Shown here piece after piece: positions 49,846 through 61,450 of a stretch of 64,000 nt of DNA. Every line of letters starts with the position of its first letter. Within the stretch, counting starts at the first letter, position 1. The position numbers and the translations under genes were made by a program. Source of the stretch: an uncultured Dehalococcoidia bacterium. GTDB lineage: Bacteria > Chloroflexota > Dehalococcoidia > Lucifugimonadales > CATQGZ01. The notes under the pieces were generated by a model. It was not told the origin of the DNA, ran no database searches, and saw nothing but the letters and a program-made list of their open reading frames with translations. The DNA is taken from the NCBI GenBank assembly GCA_964570875.1, contig CAZMZE010000040.1, forward strand, positions 3,252 to 67,251, in the 5' to 3' direction.

Positions 49846-51900
49846 CTACGAGTCCAACGTATCCGTTGGCGCTACTTCATATTTATCAAATTCAAGAGTA
49901 TGCCCGGCCCTTCCTTGAGTCAGCGACCTAAGAGAGTCTGCATACCCAAAACTCTCGCCAAGAGGTATTAATGCCTTAACCGACTGTATGTCACGCTCAC
50001 CTTCAATATTCCTAATATTCGCCCGACGACGTCCCAAATCTCCTATAACATCACCCAAAAAATCGCCTGGCGTTGCTATTTCCAGGCGCATCACCGGCTC
50101 GAGCAACACAGAGCCCGCCCTAGACACCGCGGACTTCACTGCCATCGAGCCTGCTATCTGGAAAGCCACCGACGAAGAATCCACCTCATGGTAGCTCCCA
50201 TCTGTCAATGTAACTCTAACATCCACGACAGGATACCCTGAAAGCGGCCCTGTATTCAAGGCCTCTCTGACTCCATCTTCAACCGGACGGATGAATTCTT
50301 GAGGTATTGCTCCGCCTTTAATCTTAGATTCGAAGTGAACACCTGCCCCACGCTCCAATGGCTGAATATCGAGATACACGTGACCAAATTGTCCATGCCC
50401 GCCTGTTTGCCTTACAAATCGCCCCTCCGCACTCGCCATGGTTGATATTGTTTCGCGATACGCTACACGTGGCTTGCCCACATTTCCTTCAACCTTATAC
50501 TCTCTCCGCATCCGGTCGGTAAGTATATCCAAATGTAACTCACCCATCCCGGAAATGATCGTCTGACCAGTTTCCTCATCATAATTAGTCTTAAATGTCG
50601 GATCTTCATCAGCTAATTTAGTTATAGCCTCGGACAGTTTCTCTTGATCTTCTCTAGCTTTGGGCTCAATTGCTACCGAAACAACAGGTTCGGGAAAAGT
50701 TATTGATTCCAAAATAATGGGATCTGCCTCAGAACATATAGTATCACCAGTAGCTACACCCCTTAAGCCAAGAGCCGCTGCTATTTCACCAACTCCTACA
50801 CTGGTCACTTCTTCACGTCTTTGAGCATGCATTTTGACTATTCTTCCAAGCCTTTCCCGTTTGCCCTGAGACGGGTTGAAAATAGACCCTCCGCTTTCGG
50901 CAGAACCTGAATACACCCTAAAATAGACAAGGCGCCCAATAAAAGGATCAGAAACTACTTTGAATGCCAGAGCTGAGAAGGAGCTGTCTTGCCGAGGCTC
51001 CCGCTCTACTTCTTCTTGGGTATCATAAGCAAGCCCCTTAACTGGAGGCACTTCCACGGGAGATGGCAGGTATGTACACACAGCATCCAAGAGCAATTGA
51101 ATCCCTTTAGTTTTAAGCGCACTACCACATAAAACAGGCACTATTTCGTATCCAATAGTAGCTTTACGTATAGCTGCCTTTATCTCACCTTCCGTTATAT
51201 GCTGGTCTTCCACATATTTGATCATTAAATCATCGTCAGTCTCCGCTACCTTTTCAACCATGTATTGACGATGCGATCCGACCTCATCAAGCATATTTTC
51301 TGGTACTGGCACTTGATCAATGCTACCTGGCTCTTCATCAGAAAACATGTATGCCTTCTGTTCGACCAAATCAACAACACCATGAAAGTCGTCCTCTTTG
51401 CCTATCGGTAGTTGCACTGGTACAGGATTTGCTCCAAGCCTGTGAGTAATACTGTCGACTGTCCGATCAAAATCAGCACCCACTCGATCCAACTTGTTTA
51501 CGAAGCACAATCTTGGAACCGAATATTTGTCAGCCTGTCGCCAAACAGTCTCTGACTGAGGCTCTACCCCTGCTACTCCATCGAAAACTACCACTCCTGC
51601 ATCTAAAACCCGTAAACTACGCTCTACTTCTGCAGTGAAATCGACATGACCCGGGGTATCGATAATATTTATGGTGTGGTCATTCCATTGGCAAGTAGTA
51701 GCTGCTGCGGTGATGGTTATCCCTCGTTCCTTCTCCTGTTCCATCCAATCCATGGTAGCAGTGCCTTCATGTACTTCGCCAATTTTATGGATCCGACCAG
51801 CGAAAAACAGGACTCTCTCACTAACAGTGGTCTTACCAGCATCAATATGCGCTATGAAACCAATGTTCCGCGTATTTGTTACAGACGTATTTTCAGGCAT
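49846..51900 (-). CDS. fusA: Elongation factor G
   Basis: [30 protein letters not shown]. Confidence 0.98.
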   Translation of the reverse strand: MPENTSVTNTRNIGFIAHIDAGKTTVSERVLFFAGRIHKIGEVHEGTATMDWMEQEKERGITITAAATTCQWNDHTINIIDTPGHVDFTAEVERSLRVLDAGVVVFDGVAGVEPQSETVWRQADKYSVPRLCFVNKLDRVGADFDRTVDSITHRLGANPVPVQLPIGKEDDFHGVVDLVEQKAYMFSDEEPGSIDQVPVPENMLDEVGSHRQYMVEKVAETDDDLMIKYVEDQHITEGEIKAAIRKATIGYEIVPVLCGSALKTKGIQLLLDAVCTYLPSPVEVPPVKGLAYDTQEEVEREPRQDSSFSALAFKVVSDPFIGRLVYFRVYSGSAESGGSIFNPSQGKRERLGRIVKMHAQRREEVTSVGVGEIAAALGLRGVATGDTICSEADPIILESITFPEPVVSVAIEPKAREDQEKLSEAITKLADEDPTFKTNYDEETGQTIISGMGELHLDILTDRMRREYKVEGNVGKPRVAYRETISTMASAEGRFVRQTGGHGQFGHVYLDIQPLERGAGVHFESKIKGGAIPQEFIRPVEDGVREALNTGPLSGYPVVDVRVTLTDGSYHEVDSSSVAFQIAGSMAVKSAVSRAGSVLLEPVMRLEIATPGDFLGDVIGDLGRRRANIRNIEGERDIQSVKALIPLGESFGYADSLRSLTQGRAGHTLEFDKYEVAPTDTLDS

Positions 51901-51942
51901 GTTGATATAAAGACCGTTGTGAAATAGGGGTTTTCAGTACTT

Positions 51943-52413
51943 TTACCAGCGATAGTGAGCAAAAGCCCTATTGGCTTCAGCCATACGGTGCAAATCTTCA
52001 CGCTTCTTAACCGATGCACCTTGCTGTCGAAAAGCTTCTAGTAATTCCTGAGCCAATCTCTGTGCCATAGGGACACCTGTGCGCGCCCTGGATGACTCAA
52101 CTAGCCACCTAAGGGCTAAAGCCAGACGACGTTCAGGCCTAACTTCGGTAGGAACTTGATAGGTTGCTCCACCAACTCTCCGGGACCTCACTTCAATTGC
52201 GGGCATTGTATTTCTTAAAGCCTGTTCAAATACCTCAACCGCAGGTCGTCTAACTTCCTGCTCTACAGTATCCAGAGCACTATATACTATACGTTCTGCC
52301 GTGGTTTTCTTCCCATTGACCATAACCCGATTTATCAGCCTGCTTATCTGATGACTCTTATACTTGGAATCGGGTGTTATATTTCTTCTATCTGCTTTCC
52401 GACGTCTTGCCAT
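51943..52413 (-). CDS. rpsG: 30S ribosomal protein S7
   Basis: [26 protein letters not shown]. Confidence 0.98.
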   Translation of the reverse strand: MARRRKADRRNITPDSKYKSHQISRLINRVMVNGKKTTAERIVYSALDTVEQEVRRPAVEVFEQALRNTMPAIEVRSRRVGGATYQVPTEVRPERRLALALRWLVESSRARTGVPMAQRLAQELLEAFRQQGASVKKREDLHRMAEANRAFAHYRW

Positions 52414-52444
52414 ATGTCTTTCTCAATCCTAGTTCAGATGTTGT

Positions 52445-52855
52445 TTAAACAGTCTTGGTACCGTATTTACTGCGCCCACGCTTTCGATCCTCAACACCAG
52501 CGGTGTCAAGTGTCCCTCTTATAACATGGTACCTGACACCGGGAAGATCTCGAACGCGCCCACCGCGAATCAAAACCACCGAGTGTTCTTGAAGATTGTG
52601 TCCCTCTCCGGGTATGTATGCTGAAACCTGCATACCATTCGTAAGTCGCACTCTGGCAACTTTCCTAAGTGCTGAATTCGGTTTCTTGGGAGTTTGAGTT
52701 CTGACTTGAATACAAACACCCCTCTTCTGGGGCGAACCAGTACCTCGCCTACCTGTGTCCTTGAGTGAATTGAAAACAAACCTCAAGGCTGGAGACTTAT
52801 CCTTACGGATTTTGGACTTCCTGCCTTTTCGCACTAGCTGATTTACCGTTGGCAA
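52445..52855 (-). CDS. rpsL: 30S ribosomal protein S12
   Basis: [27 protein letters not shown]. Confidence 0.98.
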   Translation of the reverse strand: MPTVNQLVRKGRKSKIRKDKSPALRFVFNSLKDTGRRGTGSPQKRGVCIQVRTQTPKKPNSALRKVARVRLTNGMQVSAYIPGEGHNLQEHSVVLIRGGRVRDLPGVRYHVIRGTLDTAGVEDRKRGRSKYGTKTV

Positions 52856-52936
52856 ACTAACAACCTCTAATATTTTCGATTTACTTGAGTCTACATCAAT
52901 TGGTTCAAATAATTACAACCTACACAACAGCATCAA

Positions 52937-52966
52937 ATTATACATCTGAGACGTTCTGGGTGTCAA
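52937..52966 (-). promoter_or_regulatory. Consensus promoter of the str operon
   Basis: TTGACA-N18-TATAAT on the minus strand. Confidence 0.78.
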
Positions 52967-53431
52967 CGAATTTTGACATCATTTCAATATGTATTGATTT
53001 GCATTAGAAATTCGTAGCAACACTTGTTCCAACACAATCATGAATTCATAACCAAAAACATCTATCCAAAACTCTACGCTTATTGATGTGATGCTTTGAG
53101 CACTGGAGATGAGAACTTTACATAAATTCTACCCCAATTTATTTTGCCATTACGGCAATGGAAGTACACGCATCCAAATATTGAGTCTTGGGCTGGATCG
53201 AACAGAATGAATATTAATACATAGAGCAAGCAGAACTGTCTTTTGCAAAATATCCCCCTGGGCTAGATAAAGTCAATCAGGCCATATAGAAACATTCTAG
53301 AGACATTAAACAGCAAGACATCAACAAAAATTTAATTAAAAAACCCTAACAGTATCAACATAAAAGCTTGCATATTTAGCTTAACTAGCCATAAAATATA
53401 TTTTCAAATATTTGTTTAGGAATAGTTTCCA

Positions 53432-53773
53432 ATGGATGCTCACCATCTCGTAAATATCGACCCAAATACTACGATCGATGAATTTCGATCTGGTGATACT
53501 GTTAGGGTGGATATATCCGTAACCGAAGGTGAAAGAAAAAGGACCCAGGCTTTTGAAGGCGTAGTTATTCGGAAGCGCGGCAACGGTCCCGGATCATCAT
53601 TTACAGTCCGTCGTATTTCCCACGAAGTTGGAGTAGAGCGTACTTTTATGCTCCACTCACCCTCAGTTGAAGCAGTTAAATTGGTTCGTCACGGTAAAGT
53701 CAGGCGCTCCCGCCTCTACTATCTCAGGGGACTGTCTGGCAAGGCTGCTAGGATCAAAGAAGCTAGAAGATAG
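53432..53773 (+). CDS. rplS: 50S ribosomal protein L19
   Basis: GDTV, FEGVVI, GVERTF, LYYLR. Confidence 0.98.
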   Translation: MDAHHLVNIDPNTTIDEFRSGDTVRVDISVTEGERKRTQAFEGVVIRKRGNGPGSSFTVRRISHEVGVERTFMLHSPSVEAVKLVRHGKVRRSRLYYLRGLSGKAARIKEARR

Positions 53774-53885
53774 TAGAGTTCAATTCACGACTCGACAGTA
53801 ATAGCTGTCACTTTTGGAAGTTCCTGTAATGTCAAGGACCTAGTGACCGTCTATTCAGAACATAAGCACACTGCTCGGGGGAAGA

Positions 53886-56393
53886 GTGACTAGGCACAAA
53901 ATTGGACATCCTACTTTAACCCCCGCATTTGTCGAGGTGGCAGTTGATGCTCCCACGTCACCGGGTTCCACTTTCAGCTATGCGATACCAAAAAATCTTA
54001 AATTATTGCCAGGGCATTTGGTTAGAGTACCCTTTGGTGCACGGAATCTACTAGGTTTGGTGCTGTCGGTGGGAAATCCTCCTCAGATACCTGAAACTCG
54101 ATATGTAGAATCATATGTTTATCCAGACCCGATAGTTACTGAAAGACAAGTTGAACTAATCAAATGGACCAGCAATTATTACAGATGTCCATTGTTTGAC
54201 GCAGTTGCTCTTACGCTTCCCCCGGGTATTAGGGTTCGACCCAAGATAACGATATCTATAAATCCAAACCATCGCCTGGTAGATCAAAGTTTATCCCCTC
54301 TGCAAGAGAAAATCCTGTCTTACGTATCTAATCACGGCACTACCAATCTACAGAAACTTGTACGCAATTTCGGGAACGGCGCGCGTCAATCAACGATTAA
54401 GTTAATTGACAAAGAAATCCTGTTAGAAAGATCTCAGTCCACTCATCCCAGAGTAAAACCGAAACTTATTAATTACCTGGCTCTCCCAGACATAATATTG
54501 TCCTCCGAATATCCTCCAGAACAATACGTGTCTGCCAAAGCTCCTAGACAATTGAGTTTATTAACTGAACTTTTTTCTGCCAAAGCACCCATCCTTAAAA
54601 GTAACGCCACGACAACTTTTGGACAAAGTGCTGTAAATTCACTGTTAAACAAGGGATTGGTTGAAATCAAACCGATTAAATCAGACCGAGACCCACTCGA
54701 AAATATTAAGATCCCTCATCCAAAAGATGTCAATCTTACTCCTGAACAAAACAATATATCTAATATCATCGGAGACTCCATAAAAAATCCAGCATCTAAA
54801 CAAAAATCATTCCTCCTACACGGCGTCACAGGTAGTGGTAAAACCGAAATATATCTAAATGCGACAGCTGTTTGTTCCTTGTCAGGGAAAAAAACGATCG
54901 TTATGGCTCCGGAAATTGCAATTACCCACCAGATTGTAGAAAGGTTCGCTGCCAAATTCCCTGGTCAAGTAGCGGTGTTACACAGCGCCCTATCACCAGG
55001 ACAAAGATTTGATCAATGGTGGAAAGTTCAGCAAGGCATCTACAACGTCGTTGTAGGTTCACGGAGCGCTATATACTCACCGCTCTCAGACATCGGATTG
55101 ATAATCATTGATGAAGAACACGAATGGACCTACAAACAACAAGACACGGCTCCTCGTTACCATGCAAGAGAAGTAGCTCTGAAGTTGGCTGAATTAACAA
55201 ATGCGACAGTACTTATGGGTAGTGCCTCTCCAGACATAACTACCTATCACAGAGCTCTCACAAAACAACATAGGTTATTGGTACTCCCCAATCGCGTGTC
55301 AGATAGGCAATATGAAACTCGCGTTTCCAATCAGAACAATTCCCGGCCAAATCCCGTAGAGGTTCCTCTTGCAAAAGTAAATGTGGTGGATATGAGACAA
55401 GAACTCAAAGATGGCAACAGCCACATATTTAGCAGGCTTCTACACACAGAAATAAAAACTCGTATCGAGTCTGGGGAACAAATGATTTTATTTATAAATC
55501 GTAGAGGTTCTTCTTCATTTGTTCAATGCGGCAAATGTGGCGATGTCATGAAATGCAAAAGATGCGAAATCTCACTTACGTATCACAATGAAACTATGGT
55601 TTATATTTGCCACTATTGCGGATATAAAAAAGTAGCCCAAAGCAGATGCCAAAGCTGTTCAAGCCACAAATTAAGATATAGAGGTATTGGGACTGAAAGC
55701 ATAGTAGATTCATTTAACAATGAATACCCCAATGTTTCAATTTTGAGATGGGATCGGGATGCGGAACAAAACCCCCGCAATTATCATGCCCTATTGGAAC
55801 GTTTTCGCTCAGGTCAAGATCAGGTACTTGTCGGCACTCAAATGATTGCCAAAGGCTTACATTTTCCATCAGTAACTCTCGTAGGAGTAGTATCTGCCGA
55901 CGTTGGACTTCAAATACCCGACTACCGGGCCGGAGAGCGTACGTTTCAGATACTTTGCCAAATAGCAGGAAGAGCAGGAAGAGGAATCAATCCTGGAAAG
56001 GTAATATTTCAAACTTACCAACCTGAGAACTATGCCATTTATTCAGCATCCAGGCAAGATTTTCAAGGTTTTTACAACGAAGAAATTAATTTCCGTCAGG
56101 ATCACTACAACCCACCATTTAGCAAACTTATCCGACTACTGTGCACAGGAAGAAATAGGCCTAGGTGTGAGAAAACCGCTTTTGACCTTGGTAATGAGAT
56201 TCGTAACTACATGATCAATTCAGGGATCACTAACGTGGAGGCCCTTGGACCTACCCCAGCATATCCGTTCCGTATTCGCGGCCAATACAGATGGCATATA
56301 ATACTCCGCGGATTCAATCCGCGGTCAGTAGTAGACAATGTAAACATTCCCAACGGATGCACGGTTGACATAGATCCAATAAATCTTACTTGA
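53886..56393 (+). CDS. priA: Primosomal protein N'
   Basis: GVTGSGKTE, DEEH, four CxxC, GTQMIAKG, QIAGRAGR. Confidence 0.97.
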   Translation: MTRHKIGHPTLTPAFVEVAVDAPTSPGSTFSYAIPKNLKLLPGHLVRVPFGARNLLGLVLSVGNPPQIPETRYVESYVYPDPIVTERQVELIKWTSNYYRCPLFDAVALTLPPGIRVRPKITISINPNHRLVDQSLSPLQEKILSYVSNHGTTNLQKLVRNFGNGARQSTIKLIDKEILLERSQSTHPRVKPKLINYLALPDIILSSEYPPEQYVSAKAPRQLSLLTELFSAKAPILKSNATTTFGQSAVNSLLNKGLVEIKPIKSDRDPLENIKIPHPKDVNLTPEQNNISNIIGDSIKNPASKQKSFLLHGVTGSGKTEIYLNATAVCSLSGKKTIVMAPEIAITHQIVERFAAKFPGQVAVLHSALSPGQRFDQWWKVQQGIYNVVVGSRSAIYSPLSDIGLIIIDEEHEWTYKQQDTAPRYHAREVALKLAELTNATVLMGSASPDITTYHRALTKQHRLLVLPNRVSDRQYETRVSNQNNSRPNPVEVPLAKVNVVDMRQELKDGNSHIFSRLLHTEIKTRIESGEQMILFINRRGSSSFVQCGKCGDVMKCKRCEISLTYHNETMVYICHYCGYKKVAQSRCQSCSSHKLRYRGIGTESIVDSFNNEYPNVSILRWDRDAEQNPRNYHALLERFRSGQDQVLVGTQMIAKGLHFPSVTLVGVVSADVGLQIPDYRAGERTFQILCQIAGRAGRGINPGKVIFQTYQPENYAIYSASRQDFQGFYNEEINFRQDHYNPPFSKLIRLLCTGRNRPRCEKTAFDLGNEIRNYMINSGITNVEALGPTPAYPFRIRGQYRWHIILRGFNPRSVVDNVNIPNGCTVDIDPINLT

Positions 56394-56404
56394 GGGAAGA
56401 TATC

Positions 56405-56433
56405 TTGACACTTTAGCCGACCAATTCTAGACT
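56405..56433 (+). promoter_or_regulatory. sigma70-type promoter
   Basis: TTGACA-N17-TAGACT. Confidence 0.65.
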
Positions 56434-56464
56434 AGGCCAAATATAATACACGGGGTGTCTGTAA

Positions 56465-56842
56465 ATGAGCATAAATGTTATTGGCCCTTCAACCGGCTCT
56501 TCATATTCTTTCGGAGTGATTTCATCATCAAGCCGATTACTATTTACTTCTGGTATTGTATCGATGAGTGCAGATGGAGAGGTGATAGCACCCGATGACA
56601 TGGAGGCTCAGTCCAGATATGTTTTTGACCAGATTGGAAAGCTGCTCGCAGAACAAAACGCCACGTTAAACGATGTAGTGAAAATCACAACATTTGTAAC
56701 TGACATGAGTAAATATGCAGAGTTTGCCAAAGTACGATCAGAAGTTTTTGACAATCCATTTCCTGCTAGTTCTACTGTAGGAGTTAGTAAATTAGTAAAA
56801 CCAGGATTACTTGTGGAAATTGAGGCAATTGCAACTGTGTAA
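56465..56842 (+). CDS. Rid/YjgF family protein
   Basis: LFTSG, VVKITTF, FPASSTVGV, LVEIEAIA. Confidence 0.9.
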   Translation: MSINVIGPSTGSSYSFGVISSSSRLLFTSGIVSMSADGEVIAPDDMEAQSRYVFDQIGKLLAEQNATLNDVVKITTFVTDMSKYAEFAKVRSEVFDNPFPASSTVGVSKLVKPGLLVEIEAIATV

Positions 56843-56863
56843 TTGGGTCACAACATTCGGTGA

Positions 56864-58207
56864 TTGAAATTTAAACATTATGGGAAATTCCAATTGAATT
56901 CAGACTTTCGGGCCACATCTAGGGACGCTACTGATTATCTCCCTGGCGGTACCTACTCAACCATTGGCCAAAATACTGATTCCAGCCCAGAATTTCTGTT
57001 TTCTCATGCCAATGGAGCGTATGTTCACACAACTGATGGACGCCAGTTACTAGACGTCATGATGGGTCACGGCTCGCTGATTCTTGGCCACGCACATCCG
57101 GAGATTACACAAGCAGTAACGAACCAAGTTAAACTGGGTAATACTTTTACCTATGTGACCCAGCCAGCCATAGACTTGGCCAAGATGATTGTAGAAAACA
57201 TCCCAAGTGCGGAAAAAGTACGCTTCATGAACTCTGGTTCAGAAGCCATAATGATAATGACCCGCCTAGTGAGGGCACATACAGGTAAAGAAAAAATACT
57301 CAAATTTGAAGGTGCCTACCATGGATTTGCAGATAATCTTTTGTTCAGTACAAACTATGGATCTGCTGAAAACTGGTTGGATTATCCAATGCCCACACCA
57401 GACAGTGTGGGTATTCCAGCAGATCACTCCAAGACAGTTCTAGTGGCTCCATGGAATGACATCGACCGAACGCGACAAATTATTGAATCAAATTCTGCTG
57501 AATTGGCTTCAATAGTAGTTGAACCATTGATGAGAGGGCTCAGTTCCAAACCCGGTTTTCTAGAGGCTCTACGAGACATATCGAGCGATCATCAGATCCC
57601 ACTCGTATTTGATGAAGTTTGTACTGGCTTTAGATTGGCTCTTGGAGGTGCACAAGAATACTATGGAGTCACACCAGATTTATCTATATTTGGCAAGGGT
57701 TTGGGATCTGGATACCCTATCGGTGCAGTAGCTGGAAACGAAGAGATAATGAGTCACCTTGATCCTTCTTCAGATGATGAAAACAGAATATTCTCGTTGG
57801 GCAGCTTCCACGGTAACGCTATATCAACTGCTGCTGGAGTAGCAACAATGAAGGAATTGAAGAGGGCTGGAATTTACCAAGATTTAAACAGCTACGGTGA
57901 CAATATGAGGGATGCTTTAGAAGAAATGTTCCTCCGTTACGACATCCCTGTTCAAATGTCAGGTGCTGGAAATATTGTCGAATGGTTTTTCACCTCTGAG
58001 GCCATAACCGATTTCAAGAGCTCTCTTAAGTCAAATTGGAAGCTAAAAAATAAACTTTCTGATGAGATGCGCAAACGCAATATATTTTGCGGCGCCGGTA
58101 GGTTTAGTTCATCTACGGTTCATGGAAAAACCGAGTACAACTTTACCATTGACGCCATGGAGGAAAGCCTCCGATCAATCCGTGACACAGGGAATTTAGT
58201 TCCCTGA
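56864..58207 (+). CDS. Class III aminotransferase (glutamate-1-semialdehyde aminomutase-like)
   Basis: ILGHAHP, NSGSEA, KFEGAYHG, FDEVCTGFR, FGKGLG. Confidence 0.9.
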   Translation: MKFKHYGKFQLNSDFRATSRDATDYLPGGTYSTIGQNTDSSPEFLFSHANGAYVHTTDGRQLLDVMMGHGSLILGHAHPEITQAVTNQVKLGNTFTYVTQPAIDLAKMIVENIPSAEKVRFMNSGSEAIMIMTRLVRAHTGKEKILKFEGAYHGFADNLLFSTNYGSAENWLDYPMPTPDSVGIPADHSKTVLVAPWNDIDRTRQIIESNSAELASIVVEPLMRGLSSKPGFLEALRDISSDHQIPLVFDEVCTGFRLALGGAQEYYGVTPDLSIFGKGLGSGYPIGAVAGNEEIMSHLDPSSDDENRIFSLGSFHGNAISTAAGVATMKELKRAGIYQDLNSYGDNMRDALEEMFLRYDIPVQMSGAGNIVEWFFTSEAITDFKSSLKSNWKLKNKLSDEMRKRNIFCGAGRFSSSTVHGKTEYNFTIDAMEESLRSIRDTGNLVP

Positions 58208-58256
58208 TTGATCACATTCTCTGATAGTAATAATAGTTGGAGACAAAACCCCCAAT

Positions 58257-59447
58257 TTGTTGAATTCCAAAAGTCTTCTATACATAACAGGTGCCGATTT
58301 CATCGCAAGGTCCGCCTATCAAATGGGCAAAACACCTCTTCTCCCAATATTCGCAGCTTACCTGGGTGCTGAAGCAGCATTTTTGGGATTCATCGTATCG
58401 GTGTCTACACTGACCGGGATGGTACTAAAACCATTAGTAGGAATCCTTTCAGATCGTTGGGGAAGAAGAAGTTGGTTGATCATTGGTACCGTCTTCTTCG
58501 TGATAATGCCGTTCTTATACCGATTCGTATCCACGCCTGAGCAACTATTCTGTCTCAGAATAATTCATGGCTTCGCTACTGCTATTTATGGCCCGGTAAC
58601 ACTCGCTTACGTGGCTGAAATCTCAACTACAAGAAGAGCAGAGCGACTGGGTTGGTTTGGATTTGCTCGTAACGGAGGTTATATTGTTGGTCCCGCAGTA
58701 TCTGGTTGGATGCTGTTGGTAACAACTCCAGTGTCGGTATTCACCGTAATAGGAATAATTAGTATCTTCGCATTTCTTCCGATAATTTTGCTTCCTGAAG
58801 AGGACAAATCCAACCGCCAAAAAACTACTCCCCTTGTACGGCAAATTATAACCTCGATTATGTCAGGAAGCCGCACTCCGGTAGTATGGGTGGCAGGGGC
58901 GTTAGAAGGAACAATGTTCATCTCGCTATATTCCGTTCGAGCATTCTTGCCACTTCTAGCACTCAATGCCGGTTTCAACGTAGGGATAGCTGGCACATTT
59001 TTTGCAGTCCAAGAAACTATCCATATGATAGCCAATCCGATCGGAGGGAAATTAGCAGACAAGATAGGATATCGATCAATAATTCCACTAGGAATATTTA
59101 TAATGGCGCTAAGCTTGCCTTTGATAACTATTGGAAACAGTATAGTGATTTTGTTTATGGCCAGTGCAATAATCGGCGCAGCTCAGGCTTGCGTCTTCCC
59201 ATCTACATTGACGCTTGTTTCCAATTCCATGGGGAAAGATTCGATCGGGACAGGATTAGGATTACTCGGCACATTGAGGAATGCTGGTAAGGTAGCAGGG
59301 CCGACTCTTAGTGGAGCTATGATTCATTGGGTGGGCTACAACTTAACCTTTCATCTCATTGCGTTAATACTGATTCTTGTGGCTATATTCATAATAAAAC
59401 CTCCCGAGTTCTTAAGATTTCGATTGAAAAACAACGCATTGTCATAA
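58257..59447 (+). CDS. MFS transporter
   Basis: Motif A GILSDRWGRR and GKLADKIGYR; about 12 TM. Confidence 0.92.
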   Translation: MLNSKSLLYITGADFIARSAYQMGKTPLLPIFAAYLGAEAAFLGFIVSVSTLTGMVLKPLVGILSDRWGRRSWLIIGTVFFVIMPFLYRFVSTPEQLFCLRIIHGFATAIYGPVTLAYVAEISTTRRAERLGWFGFARNGGYIVGPAVSGWMLLVTTPVSVFTVIGIISIFAFLPIILLPEEDKSNRQKTTPLVRQIITSIMSGSRTPVVWVAGALEGTMFISLYSVRAFLPLLALNAGFNVGIAGTFFAVQETIHMIANPIGGKLADKIGYRSIIPLGIFIMALSLPLITIGNSIVILFMASAIIGAAQACVFPSTLTLVSNSMGKDSIGTGLGLLGTLRNAGKVAGPTLSGAMIHWVGYNLTFHLIALILILVAIFIIKPPEFLRFRLKNNALS

Positions 59448-59544
59448 GCCAATTTCAATATCTTGATGGAGCGATTTTGACCAAGCAAAACTCCGATGCT
59501 ACTATTGGATGTCTAAGATAGCTTTTATTACTACGGAGTTTAAA

Positions 59545-60300
59545 ATGTCCGGTCATTCAAAATGGTCGACTATAAAGCATGGCAAGGCTGTGTCTGATGC
59601 GCGAAGAGGCAAACTATTTACTCGCCTAACCAGAGAGATAATTGCTGCCGTTAGTCAAGGCGGCAATGATCCGGATATGAATTTCAGACTTCGTATGGCT
59701 ATGCAAAGAGCCAAAGATAATAATATGCCAAGTGGCAATGTGGAAAGGGCAATCAAAAGAGCTTCTGGAGATGGTGATGACGCGGTACAACTTACTGAAA
59801 CGACGTACGAAGGGTACGGCCCTGGAGGAACTGCAATACTCCTGCAAGTACTAACCGACAACAAAAACCGAACTGTATCAGAGGTACGGTCTACTTTTTC
59901 CAAAGCTGGCGGGAACATGTCTGAAGCAGGTTCAGTAGCATGGCAGTTCCAACAACGAGGAGTCATAAATGTTGAAACTACTCAAGATCAAGCTGATGAT
60001 ATAACCTTGGCAGCAATCGACGCAGGAGCTGAGGATTTCGAATCTTTCGACACTGTGTTGAGTATCTATTCACCACCAGAATCTCTTGAAAGTCTCCGAA
60101 CTACACTGGCTCAGTATGGCGCTCAATTGAGAAGTTCTGAACTCTCTATGGTGGCTACCAACACGGTATCTCTTGACGAGAAATCTGCTATGAGTACACT
60201 CAGGCTCTTGGATCAACTCGAAGAACTTGATGACGTCCAGAAAGTATTTTCTAACGCGGATTTTCCGGATGAAGTGTTAGACCGTTATTCGGCCGAATAA
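59545..60300 (+). CDS. yebC: YebC/PmpR family protein
   Basis: MSGHSKWSTIKH, YEGYGPGG, TDNKNRT, DDVQ. Confidence 0.96.
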   Translation: MSGHSKWSTIKHGKAVSDARRGKLFTRLTREIIAAVSQGGNDPDMNFRLRMAMQRAKDNNMPSGNVERAIKRASGDGDDAVQLTETTYEGYGPGGTAILLQVLTDNKNRTVSEVRSTFSKAGGNMSEAGSVAWQFQQRGVINVETTQDQADDITLAAIDAGAEDFESFDTVLSIYSPPESLESLRTTLAQYGAQLRSSELSMVATNTVSLDEKSAMSTLRLLDQLEELDDVQKVFSNADFPDEVLDRYSAE

Positions 60301-60349
60301 TGGTATCTCGGTATTGATTTTTAATTAACGAAATACCAAGGGCTAAATA

Positions 60350-60844
60350 TTGAGAGTTATAGGGATTGACCCCGGCACTTACAACATGGGAGTAGGCATA
60401 GTGGATTCAGAAGGCTCGGGCCTTAACATGGTCCATGTCACAGTATTCAGTCCTAAAAAAAGTGATCCGATGCCGACTCGGCTACTTTACCTGTTTCAAG
60501 AACTTGGCAATTTGATCTCCAATTTTTCACCAGATTCAGTGGCTATAGAACAGCCTTTTGTATCCAAAAATGTACGCTCGGCCTTGGCTATCGGCCAAGC
60601 ACAATCAGTAGCTATGATCGCTACAGCAAAAGCAGGATTAGAAATAACAGGATATTCGCCAAGCCAGGTAAAACAAGCAGTCACCGATTATGGTGCTAGT
60701 TCTAAGGAACAGGTACAGGAAATGGTGCGAGCCCTTCTTGAACTCGACTACGCTCCCTCGCCAACCGATGCAACCGACGCATTGGCAGTAGCTATTTGTC
60801 ACATAAATTCAGTAGAAAGTCTCTATCTAACATTAAACCCTTAA
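60350..60844 (+). CDS. ruvC: Holliday junction resolvase
   Basis: IGIDPG, AIE, KEQVQEMV, DALAVAICH. Confidence 0.96.
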   Translation: MRVIGIDPGTYNMGVGIVDSEGSGLNMVHVTVFSPKKSDPMPTRLLYLFQELGNLISNFSPDSVAIEQPFVSKNVRSALAIGQAQSVAMIATAKAGLEITGYSPSQVKQAVTDYGASSKEQVQEMVRALLELDYAPSPTDATDALAVAICHINSVESLYLTLNP

Positions 60845-60859
60845 AATTAAGGATTTTTT

Positions 60860-61447
60860 TTGGTCTCATCTATTATTTCATCAATCACAGGTCAACTTGA
60901 TGCAACCGGTACGGACTGGGCAGACTTGAATATTGGCAATATTACACTCCGTATTAATGTTCCTGCTTCCACATTGGAAAAACTAGGGAATTTGGGTAAA
61001 CAAACCAAGATACACACCTCTCTGCAGGTCCGTGAAGATAGTCTGGATTTATTTGGATTTGCAACGATCGAAGAATGTTCAACTTTCGAATTGCTCATCA
61101 CTATAAACGGGGTTGGCCCAAGGTTAGCATTGGCTATTCTTTCGACGTTAAACCCTTCGACAATTTCTGCAGCAGTTGAGGCAGGAGACACTTCTGTATT
61201 ATCTAGCGTTTCAGGCGTAGGTAAGAAAACAGCAGAAAGGATAATACTAGAACTGAAGGGTAAAATAGTAAGTGATATAACTGCTGATTCACCAACATAC
61301 GGAGATGAAGAAGTATTGGAAGCTCTCACCGCGCTAGGATATAAAACACAGGAAGCCAGACAAGCAATTGAGGATGCTGATGAAATGACCGATCTATCTA
61401 TCGAAGAAAAAGTCAGAAGAGTACTAGAAAAAATGGCCAGTTCATAA
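60860..61447 (+). CDS. ruvA: Holliday junction branch migration protein
   Basis: VREDS..LFGF, GVGPRLA, GVGKKTAERIILELK, ALTALGY. Confidence 0.96.
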   Translation: MVSSIISSITGQLDATGTDWADLNIGNITLRINVPASTLEKLGNLGKQTKIHTSLQVREDSLDLFGFATIEECSTFELLITINGVGPRLALAILSTLNPSTISAAVEAGDTSVLSSVSGVGKKTAERIILELKGKIVSDITADSPTYGDEEVLEALTALGYKTQEARQAIEDADEMTDLSIEEKVRRVLEKMASS

Positions 61448-61450
61448 CTA

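Noticed and set aside
52980-53430. Long rpsL-rplS intergenic region as a possible ncRNA or LexA site
   Set aside because: Only short hairpins (TTGCC/GGCAA) and a one-mismatch CAAC-N4-GTTC; no convincing structure.
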